Positions 5,343 to 12,714 of a stretch of DNA of 12,714 nucleotides are shown piece by piece. Source of the stretch: Promethearchaeota archaeon (GTDB taxonomy: Archaea > Asgardarchaeota > Odinarchaeia > Odinarchaeales > JBHLKK01). Within the stretch, counting starts at the first letter, position 1. Every line of letters starts with the position of its first letter. The notes beneath the pieces are model-generated. The model did no database searches, had not been told where the DNA came from, and was given only the letters and a program-made list of their open reading frames with translations. A program made the position numbers and the translations under genes. Location of the stretch: positions 1-12,714 of the forward strand of contig JBHLPL010000054.1 in the NCBI GenBank assembly GCA_048939465.1, in the 5' to 3' direction.

Positions 5343-7094
5343 CTATTTCGGCTTCGTCTTAAAAAATGTGGCGATTCCAATGACGAGTATTACGCCGGAT
5401 ACGGCGCCAAAAATCCAAACACTGGAGGACTCATAGGTGTTCTCCCGGACAACCACGGTGGAACCATCGGCAGCAACCGACACTATTACATGCTCTGCAC
5501 CGTCCCTACCGTAGAACAAACTGCCAATTTGGAATTCTCCTTCGTTCTCGTCTTCAAACACCCCGTCATTGTTTATATCGATTTTGATTGCATATCCGCC
5601 CGTGTCATTATAGACTCCATTACTGTTATTGTCTGCAAGTATGACCAGATAGTCCCCGTCTAGGAGGTTCAGGGTACCGTTATAGTACGTTTCGGAGAAT
5701 ATCCTCGCTCTCGAACCATTTCCGGCGAAATCTGTCCGATAAAGCCTTGTATCAATTGTCACGTTGCCATCTAGGGTTGCATTTTCCCCGCTCGCATAAC
5801 TGTTGTTCTGATCAGCATCAATATCAATATGATCGTATACTCCGTCCGAGTCTGCATCAACCAAGACATAATTTAGCTGTCCTGCTGTGTGAGTGAAGCC
5901 GCTTTCGAAGTATGAAAGTGCGGTTATGTTCGCTGAAAGAGCGTAATCCCAGGCGAAATTGAATGCACGGTCCAGCGATACGATGAAGTTGACGCTGGTC
6001 GTTATGAGCAACTCGTCTTGCGTGATATTCTGATCCCCGTTGAGGTCAAAGCACGAGACGTTGAAGACGTTGATTGAGTTATTATCGATGAATACTGCAT
6101 AAATGCTTTCATTTTCGATGGATACACCATCGCCATCCAGGTCAAGATTGAACGCTCTGTAGTGATAGTGTGCCATTATGGTGGCATTGTGGGTGACGTT
6201 TTCCCAGTAAAGCTCGAAGTAATAGCCATTCACTGTAATTGTTGTCTCCGTGCTGTTGAACTTCTCATAGGAATCAAAAGTGTTGTTCTTGTCCAAGTCG
6301 ATATCAATCTGATCGTATACGCCGTTACTGTCTAGATCAACCAGTGTGAAATTGAGGATTTCGAGTGTTTGGTCCTCATCCATATCGACCGAAAAGCCTC
6401 CGTCTCTATAATAGGAAAGGAGGCCGAGGTCCACATATACTGGATCGCCTCCTACCTGGCTTGCGTTCAGAATGAATACCGTGAAATTGTTATCCAAAAG
6501 GGTAACTACTCCTCTGTCAGGTATCGCTGTTGCATCTGACATATTATCGTCGCCATTGAAATCGATATAAACGGTATCCCACACATAATCGCTGTCGTTA
6601 TCATCTATGCCGAACCACAGACTTTGAGTCTGACCTAGAGAAGCATTCACCAGAACCTCTATTTGGCCCCACGTTCCATTATTGAGGGTGGGAGAATCTG
6701 ATACCAAAGGATTGACCGCGAGATTGAAATACGTATCTCCGATTTGCTGGGTACGATTTGTGGCACCGGTCAGGGTTGCGTTAACCAAGGCTGTGGTCTG
6801 ACTCTGGTTGTTAGGTTGCGGTGTGTTATTGACAGGAGAAGTTAGACCGTGATCAAAGTCTGCCCCCGCTTGCGGATCTACCTGGGTGAGAGGGGGGATC
6901 GCCAGTTGCGTTATGGTACGCAGAATGGGCTGACTTGAGAGCGGCGAGTTTGCAGGCGACCCTTCGGGCTCAGAGGTTGTTGCTGTAAGGCTGGTGCTGT
7001 ACTGGGCTGCGCTAACGCCTGATATGAAGAGTGATAGCATTAGGATAGCTGCCAGACTTGTCATTACGAAATGTTGTTTTAGTATTCTTATCAT
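5343..7094 (-). CDS. Membrane-anchored cell-surface glycoprotein with five ~80-aa Dx[DN]xDG-type (putative Ca2+-binding) repeats; ~583 aa from ATG 7094, 595 aa from GTG 7130
   Basis: It has a Sec-type signal peptide (MIRILKQHFVMTSLAAILMLSLFISGVSA-A) and a P/S/T/Q-rich linker. The repeated motif is LVD.DS.GVYD.IDID.D.NN, and there are about 27 N-x-S/T sequons. The C-terminus has a TM helix and a KTKPK tail. SD GGAGG (complement of 7102-7106) sits 7 nt before ATG 7094. Confidence 0.85.
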   Translation of the reverse strand: MIRILKQHFVMTSLAAILMLSLFISGVSAAQYSTSLTATTSEPEGSPANSPLSSQPILRTITQLAIPPLTQVDPQAGADFDHGLTSPVNNTPQPNNQSQTTALVNATLTGATNRTQQIGDTYFNLAVNPLVSDSPTLNNGTWGQIEVLVNASLGQTQSLWFGIDDNDSDYVWDTVYIDFNGDDNMSDATAIPDRGVVTLLDNNFTVFILNASQVGGDPVYVDLGLLSYYRDGGFSVDMDEDQTLEILNFTLVDLDSNGVYDQIDIDLDKNNTFDSYEKFNSTETTITVNGYYFELYWENVTHNATIMAHYHYRAFNLDLDGDGVSIENESIYAVFIDNNSINVFNVSCFDLNGDQNITQDELLITTSVNFIVSLDRAFNFAWDYALSANITALSYFESGFTHTAGQLNYVLVDADSDGVYDHIDIDADQNNSYASGENATLDGNVTIDTRLYRTDFAGNGSRARIFSETYYNGTLNLLDGDYLVILADNNSNGVYNDTGGYAIKIDINNDGVFEDENEGEFQIGSLFYGRDGAEHVIVSVAADGSTVVVRENTYESSSVWIFGAVSGVILVIGIATFFKTKPK

Positions 7095-7264
7095 CTCTGG
7101 CCCTCCGCTGGCTTCTCCTTTAATTGCCACTTACTAATTAATCTTTTTGATTTGTGATAGAAGAAGGGATTAAATCCGAAAGCCGAACCCAGATTTTAGT
7201 CGATAGTTAAATATAGTTACACATAGTAATATACGAACAAGGCCGGGTTGGTCTGAAATTAGAC

Positions 7265-8002
7265 TTGCATTTGGAAGGGCAGAAATTGAAGCTTTCCATA
7301 ATAATGCCAGCCTACAATGAAGAGAAAAGAATTGAGGGGGCCATCAAGAGGACCGAACGCACCCTGGACCAACTTGGCGTAGACTATGAGGTCATAGTAG
7401 TTGATGATGGAAGCCATGACAATACCTTTGAAAAGGCACACAAGACAGCCAGAAGAAGCAACAACGATCACATAAAGATCATAGGATACGAGAAGAATCA
7501 CGGAAAGGGAAATGCCTTAAAATATGGAGCTATGCACGCAACAGGCGATATTATAATCTTTTTGGATAGTGACTTAGAAATTCCACCGGAGCAGATTAAG
7601 AGATACCTTAGGTTACTGAAACGTGGGGACATACTAATTCCATCGAAGAAGCATCCAAGGTCCAAAGTTGATTCACCACTGATTCGAAGGGTCTTAGGAA
7701 GGGTCTTTAACATATTAGTACGATTTTTGATTGGCCTCAAATATAGGGACACGCAAAGCGGGCTAAAGGCATTGAAGGCTAATGTTCTAAGAAAAGTGAT
7801 GCCAAAACTAACCATTGACCGATATGCTTTCGATGTTGAACTTCTGACTGTGGCAGATTTGTATGGATTCAAAGCTATCGAGCTGCCAATTTCCGTCAAG
7901 ATGAATGGAATGATTAAGATAAAAGAAATCATCAGGATGTTTCATGATCTTCTTGAAATAGCTTACAGACATAAAATTCTTAACTGGTATGATGGAAATT
8001 AA
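7265..8002 (+). CDS. GT2 glycosyltransferase, DPM1/GtrB-like (probable polyprenyl-phosphate sugar synthase)
   Basis: The motifs are SIIMPAYNEE, VVDDGSHD, GKGNAL, FLDSDL (DxD), DTQSGLK and FDVELL. The 245-aa length fits the DPM1-like subgroup. Confidence 0.9.
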   Translation: MHLEGQKLKLSIIMPAYNEEKRIEGAIKRTERTLDQLGVDYEVIVVDDGSHDNTFEKAHKTARRSNNDHIKIIGYEKNHGKGNALKYGAMHATGDIIIFLDSDLEIPPEQIKRYLRLLKRGDILIPSKKHPRSKVDSPLIRRVLGRVFNILVRFLIGLKYRDTQSGLKALKANVLRKVMPKLTIDRYAFDVELLTVADLYGFKAIELPISVKMNGMIKIKEIIRMFHDLLEIAYRHKILNWYDGN

Positions 8003-8189
8003 AGGCACAGAAATTAGAACATAAGTTCCAATGTTCCCAACACAGATTCTTTTGATTCTGTTTGTGAGGAAATTGAAGAAAAAACAATATTATACTCGTT
8101 TTGCATATCAATCAATGAACCTTCGGTTATATTACAGTAGCTGACTACGTTATACTATTATCAATGAGTATCATAATCGGGTAACTGCG

Positions 8190-9299
8190 ATGGTTAAACT
8201 TAAGATCCTCATATTTAACTGGAGATGCTGGCTCAATCCCGCAGCGGGTGGTGCGGAGGTTTTTACACATGAATGTGCCAAAAGGTTCGTAAAAGCAGGC
8301 AATGAAGTTACCCTCTTCACCTCAAAATACCCTGGCTGTGAGAATGAAGAAAACCTAGAAGGAATAGAAGTAATCCGAGCCGGAGGTAAGTATACTGTAT
8401 ACTTCAGAGCGAAGCAATACTACAAGAAACGTTTCAAAGGCAGATATGATATCCTAGTGGATGAGATTAACACTCGCCCGTTCATGACTGCTAAGTTTGC
8501 AAAGGGAGAAAAAATAGTTGCGCTAATCCATCAGCTAGCGCGGGAGTACTGGTATTATGAAACTCCATTTCCCATCTCCATAGTGGGAAGGTATTTTCTG
8601 GAAGACTATTGGCTCAGAAGATATAAGAATATACCCACAGTAACTGTCTCCGAAAGCACAAAGGATGACCTAGAAAAACTGGGGTTCAAAAGAATCTTCA
8701 TAGTTCCGGAAGGACTAAACATTAAACCTCTAACCAAAGTACCTAGCAAAAACTCTGAACCTACAGTAATCTATGTAGGAAGGCTTAGAAAGGTGAAACA
8801 ACCCAATCACGCCTTAGATTCCTTCAGAATCGTTAGAAAACGGATACCTAACGCTAGACTATGGATAGTGGGAGATGGTCCCCTAAAAGAAAAGCTAGAA
8901 ATGAAAGCATTCGACGGAGTAAAAATATATGGAAGAGTTCCTAAGGAAAAGAAAACGGAACTCCTGAAGAAGGCCCATCTTTTGGTTTTTCCCGGAATAA
9001 GAGAGGGGTGGGGACTAACAGTAATCGAGGCTGCCTCACAAGGAACCCCAACCATTGCATATAATGTTTCTGGACTAAAAGACTCAGTAAGGCATATGGA
9101 AACAGGCATACTGACGCCGCCCAACCAGATAAACAAACTGGCAGAAGCTGTGATTCAACTAATAAACAATAAAGGATTACTCCATAAACTGTCAGAAAAC
9201 GCACTCAAACATAGCAAAAACTTCAATTGGAACGAAACATCAGAGAATTTAATGAAAATAATAGATGCCACCGTTAACGATGGTCTGGCATTAGAATGA
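8190..9299 (+). CDS. GT4 (GT-B fold) glycosyltransferase
   Basis: The motifs are NWRxxxNPxAGGAE, YVGRLRKVKQ, IVGDGP, EGWGLTVIEA (E-x7-E) and GLKDSVRHMETG. Confidence 0.92.
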   Translation: MVKLKILIFNWRCWLNPAAGGAEVFTHECAKRFVKAGNEVTLFTSKYPGCENEENLEGIEVIRAGGKYTVYFRAKQYYKKRFKGRYDILVDEINTRPFMTAKFAKGEKIVALIHQLAREYWYYETPFPISIVGRYFLEDYWLRRYKNIPTVTVSESTKDDLEKLGFKRIFIVPEGLNIKPLTKVPSKNSEPTVIYVGRLRKVKQPNHALDSFRIVRKRIPNARLWIVGDGPLKEKLEMKAFDGVKIYGRVPKEKKTELLKKAHLLVFPGIREGWGLTVIEAASQGTPTIAYNVSGLKDSVRHMETGILTPPNQINKLAEAVIQLINNKGLLHKLSENALKHSKNFNWNETSENLMKIIDATVNDGLALE

Positions 9300-9332
9300 A
9301 CCCTTTGTATTATTTGATTGAGGATTGGTCAC

Positions 9333-10238
9333 ATGTTAGAGGTTTGCATAGGGATCCCTGTATACAATGAGGCTGGTAACATATATTCGCTATGTGTTTC
9401 TCTACTCAACCAGAAAGGAGATGGTTGGAGGATAAAGAGAATCATAGTCGTCAATGATGGATCAACAGACGACACACTGAATAGAATTAAGTACTTTGAA
9501 AAAGGATTTTCTGGAACACTCCTAGCTCGCAAAATCAAGCTAGAAATTATAAGCTTGGAGCAGAATATAGGAAAAGCTAACGCTTTGAATATTATATTTG
9601 AAAAAGCTCGAACAAGTGTATTAGTGCTGCTTGATTCGGATGTTGTTTTATGTAATCCTTCTACTATAGATACGCTATTGAAGGGCTTTGAAAATTCTAG
9701 CATTGGATTAGTTGGAGGATGGTCTACTATCCACATCTCCTCCAAAATTGGCTTTGTTGAAAGAGCCATGAGGTTCTCTGTGAATTTCTTGGAGAAAGCA
9801 GGCTACTATGGAAATAATATACTCTGTGCATGGGGAGGCCTAATGGCTATAGCCAGAGACATTTACAAAAGGATAGAACTGCCCACAGCGTTAATGAGAA
9901 TTGATGCGTTCTTGTATCTTTGCACAATGAAACTGGGCAAAAGATTTAGATTCATACCTTCTGCCAAAGTGGTTGTAAAATTGGCAAAAAAGAACCCTTA
10001 CTGGTTTATTAAGATCCAAAGAAGGGTCAGAAGATTTCCACGGGCATTTAGACACTGCTTTTCAGGAATTTTGGAGGAGGAATATTCATCAATACCGATT
10101 TCCACACTAGTCAAAAGAATCATTTCACAATTTCTGGAATCTCCATTAGATGGGTTATTTTACATTACCGCTAAACTCATGTCTTCTATAATAAATAGTT
10201 TGTTTAATATTCAGATATCTCATAGATGGAGAAGTTAA
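9333..10238 (+). CDS. GT2 (GT-A fold) glycosyltransferase (alternative start TTG 9318)
   Basis: The motifs are IGIPVYNE, VNDGSTDDT, GKANALN, LLDSDV and WGGLMA. GAGGA at 9320-9324 precedes ATG 9333. Confidence 0.88.
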   Translation: MLEVCIGIPVYNEAGNIYSLCVSLLNQKGDGWRIKRIIVVNDGSTDDTLNRIKYFEKGFSGTLLARKIKLEIISLEQNIGKANALNIIFEKARTSVLVLLDSDVVLCNPSTIDTLLKGFENSSIGLVGGWSTIHISSKIGFVERAMRFSVNFLEKAGYYGNNILCAWGGLMAIARDIYKRIELPTALMRIDAFLYLCTMKLGKRFRFIPSAKVVVKLAKKNPYWFIKIQRRVRRFPRAFRHCFSGILEEEYSSIPISTLVKRIISQFLESPLDGLFYITAKLMSSIINSLFNIQISHRWRS

Positions 10239-10263
10239 GATTTGAGATGGAGAATTAATAGCA

Positions 10264-10992
10264 GTGAAAGACAAAAACAAAATCTATCAGAAAGGCTGGC
10301 AGAAGAATTGGTTTAATCAATGTTATTCCTCTCGAAAAAAACCACATAAACTTGATCATTTCTATGATTTGTCTCGCGTAATCCTAATGTACAAGCATTC
10401 CCCCCCTCAAGGGCTAATATTGGATGTCGGGGCTGGAGAATGTAAAATATCCTCAGTATTGAGCAGAGTATTAGGCAAGAAAGTCAAAATCGTTGCCCTG
10501 GACTTCTCATCAACTGGTTTATCTAAATGTAAACATCGTGGATTTAGGGGATGCTTAATTATGGGAGATTGCCACAATTTGCCATTCAGAACGGATGTGT
10601 TCGATACGATCTCATGCTTGGAAGTTATTGAGCATGTTGGTTCTCCCAAACTTCTTATTAGATCCATCAGGAGAGCACTAAAAGAAAATGGCACTTTGAT
10701 ACTAACAACACCCAACGGAAACCGTATTATACGAATTATGGGGAGATTACTATATAGAGACATAAAGATTGACTACTCTCACATTCACGAATTCTCAATC
10801 AAGGAAATTGCTGGAATACTCCATAAAGAAAAGTTGAAAATAGTTAATTCAATAGGGCTTTCGTTTGACGTACCCTATCCTATCTTAGTTCGAATGCCCG
10901 ATTCAATAATAAGGATTCTGTTGACATTGATGAAAAGAAAGACCCCTTTGGTCTTTTTTAAATTCCTAGGGGTAATATCGAAGAAAATATAA
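10264..10992 (+). CDS. Class I SAM-dependent methyltransferase (glycan-cluster type)
   Basis: The motifs are ILDVGAGE (motif I), ALDFS, GDCHNLPF, FDTISCLEVIEHV and LKENGTLILTTPN. Confidence 0.9.
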   Translation: MKDKNKIYQKGWQKNWFNQCYSSRKKPHKLDHFYDLSRVILMYKHSPPQGLILDVGAGECKISSVLSRVLGKKVKIVALDFSSTGLSKCKHRGFRGCLIMGDCHNLPFRTDVFDTISCLEVIEHVGSPKLLIRSIRRALKENGTLILTTPNGNRIIRIMGRLLYRDIKIDYSHIHEFSIKEIAGILHKEKLKIVNSIGLSFDVPYPILVRMPDSIIRILLTLMKRKTPLVFFKFLGVISKKI

Positions 10993-11083
10993 GAGCAATT
11001 GCCAAATCCAATCAACAACTAAATCTACGAATATTAATATCATTTAACATTTCTATGCAGCTAAGGATGCTGGTGACAGAAAA

Positions 11084-12714
11084 TTGGTCCTCAAGGTAAG
11101 ACAAATACATGTATCCCTAATCTTCGTATTTGCCGCGTCCATCACTGTCTTATTAGTAGGAGATGGTTTCATCGGGGATTCAAATCAGTGGATTTTGAAT
11201 CCGCTGGAGAGATTGGAGAACATTTTCTACATATGGGATTCGCGTGTGCTTACTGGCGTATATGACCCGAGAGCAATTACATATATCTTCTTATTCCTGT
11301 TTTATGGTTCTTTTTCCATCCTCGGCATTCCAATTATAATAACACAACGGCTGTGGCTTGTACTTGTATTATCGTTCGTCGGATTGAGTATGTATGAATT
11401 ATACTCTTATATTTCCAATACGAAAAAAACAATTCCGGCGATAATAGCTGGATTATTCTATATGTTTAACCCATATACCTTAATGTTCCTTCATGGTCAA
11501 GCAAGTATATTTCTGTTAGCTTATGGCGCATTACCGTTAACACTGTATTTATACCTTAAGGGTATGGATAAGAAGCAGTATAGATATGCCCTATTAACAG
11601 GTTTAGTTTTCGTAATAACCAGTGGTTGCGGGGATCCTCCGCTGGTATTCATTAACGCAACCGCATTAGTAACGCTATGGCTATATTATTTCTTGACAAA
11701 GAAAGATATCAAATATCAAATTAAGTTCAACGCATTATTGACAGCGTGCGCAGTAATCTCCAACCTTTGGTGGATTTTGCCTGCAGCATACTATCTATTC
11801 GGAGAATGGACAACGGCCCTTTCAACTCTTTACGACAATATAGTGTGGACCAATTCTTATTCAAGCTTTCTTGAAATTCTACGATTACTGGGAGTTCCGA
11901 AGCTATATGAATATTCCGGGAAGTATGTCTCATTTTCAGATTATTACACGTCAGACTCTGTTACTGCTATAACGACTTTAGCCATACCTATCTTGAGTTT
12001 TTCTAGCTTGCTATTCAAGAAGCGTAACAAATATACTCTATATTTCTCAATCTTGCTGATCCTGGGAATCATACTGGCTGTAGGTGTGTACCCGCCTTGG
12101 GATCCTTACCTTACGGGAGAGGTATTCTTCTGGTTTTATAACAATTTCCCATTCTTCAGGATATTTAGAAATACGTATAAGTTTGCAACATTAATTTGCC
12201 TATCCAGTGGAATAATGTTGGCGTTTACTTCAGAGAATATTATAATTAAAGAACATAATCTCAGGATCTTTAAAAATAAGAAATTCTTAAAGCCGTTGTT
12301 TATTTTCTTAACTGTTGGCTTAATATTTGTAAATGCATTACCTATGATTTCAGGAAACATCTATGAACAGAATAGAAAAGTTGCGATTCCTGATTACTAC
12401 TATCAAGCAGCAGATTGGCTGGGATCAGATTCTGAGGCCTATAGAATATACAAACTTCCGTGGCAGAATTTCCCTATATTTAACTGGGGAGATCCAAGAT
12501 TCGACCCCCCGATTTTTCTTTTTGACAAGCCATTGATCTATCATTCTATTGTCCCATTTGGTTCACAGTATTTATCAGATTTGATTGATCTGAGTTACTT
12601 CGTATTTCATCAAAATCAAACAGAAGATTTCGGAAGACTGATCGGATTGATGGGCGTCAAATATGTTTTGCATGCCAAAGATGCCGATTGGGAAATCTAT
12701 GATAAAGACCCCCC
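11084..12714 (+). CDS. Large polytopic membrane protein, GT-C-like (DUF3367/AftD- or YfhO-like) glycosyltransferase; 3'-partial, >=543 aa
   Basis: Manual translation shows an uninterrupted frame from TTG 11084 to the window end, with SD GGTGA at 11072-11076. Sequence landmarks: MVLKVRQIHVSLIFVFAASITVLLVGDGFIGDSNQW..AGLFYMFNPY..YGALPL..NLWWILP..FPFFRIFRNTYKF..IPDYYYQAADWL..GVKYVLHAKD. It has many hydrophobic helices, followed by a soluble domain. Confidence 0.8.
   Translation, partial: MVLKVRQIHVSLIFVFAASITVLLVGDGFIGDSNQWILNPLERLENIFYIWDSRVLTGVYDPRAITYIFLFLFYGSFSILGIPIIITQRLWLVLVLSFVGLSMYELYSYISNTKKTIPAIIAGLFYMFNPYTLMFLHGQASIFLLAYGALPLTLYLYLKGMDKKQYRYALLTGLVFVITSGCGDPPLVFINATALVTLWLYYFLTKKDIKYQIKFNALLTACAVISNLWWILPAAYYLFGEWTTALSTLYDNIVWTNSYSSFLEILRLLGVPKLYEYSGKYVSFSDYYTSDSVTAITTLAIPILSFSSLLFKKRNKYTLYFSILLILGIILAVGVYPPWDPYLTGEVFFWFYNNFPFFRIFRNTYKFATLICLSSGIMLAFTSENIIIKEHNLRIFKNKKFLKPLFIFLTVGLIFVNALPMISGNIYEQNRKVAIPDYYYQAADWLGSDSEAYRIYKLPWQNFPIFNWGDPRFDPPIFLFDKPLIYHSIVPFGSQYLSDLIDLSYFVFHQNQTEDFGRLIGLMGVKYVLHAKDADWEIYDKDP

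Noticed and set aside
5440-6620. Canonical EF-hand or dockerin annotation for the acidic loops
   Set aside because: The loops are flanked by alternating beta-strand-like sequence, not by helices.
8003-8189. Structured ncRNA or small ORF in the 187-nt gap (hairpins at 8017-8028 and 8042-8061; open frame 8018-8140)
   Set aside because: The stems are short and AT-rich, and the open frame has no ATG/GTG/TTG start. A terminator plus promoter explains the gap adequately.
7259-10763. Minus-strand ORFs of 66-146 aa opposite the glycosyltransferases and methyltransferase
   Set aside because: They are antisense shadows of motif-supported genes.
11055-11099. 14-codon ORF MQLRMLVTENWSSR as a leader peptide or frameshifted start of the GT-C-like gene
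   Set aside because: An in-frame TTG at 11084 with a well-spaced GGTGA SD explains the gene without recoding.
11727-12360. Two minus-strand ORFs (68 and 74 aa) in the ORF track
   Set aside because: They are antisense to the continuous plus-strand membrane-protein frame.

Overview
Archaeal chromosomal window, most likely from an Asgard-lineage archaeon. This is inferred from a longin-domain protein, archaeal TATA and GGAGG/GGTGA signals, and C-terminally anchored surface proteins; no marker gene is present to confirm it. From left to right: (1) a helical hypothetical ORF and the 5'-truncated tail of a membrane-anchored surface protein; (2) an IS200/IS605 element (about 1067-2845). Its TnpA has a broken HUH motif, its TnpB is intact with a rearranged RuvC active site, an omegaRNA-like fold overlaps the tnpB 3' end, and an extra orphan copy of the right end lies 23 nt upstream of the left end; (3) a ~700-aa longin + long coiled-coil fusion protein; (4) on the minus strand, a DUF3467 protein and a sequon-rich surface protein built from five ~80-aa Dx[DN]xDG-type repeats; (5) a divergent, lower-GC glycosylation cluster (GT2, GT4, GT2, SAM methyltransferase). 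The cluster ends in a large GT-C-like polytopic membrane protein that is missing from the supplied ORF track because it runs off the window. All family calls come from motif recognition by eye, without database searches.
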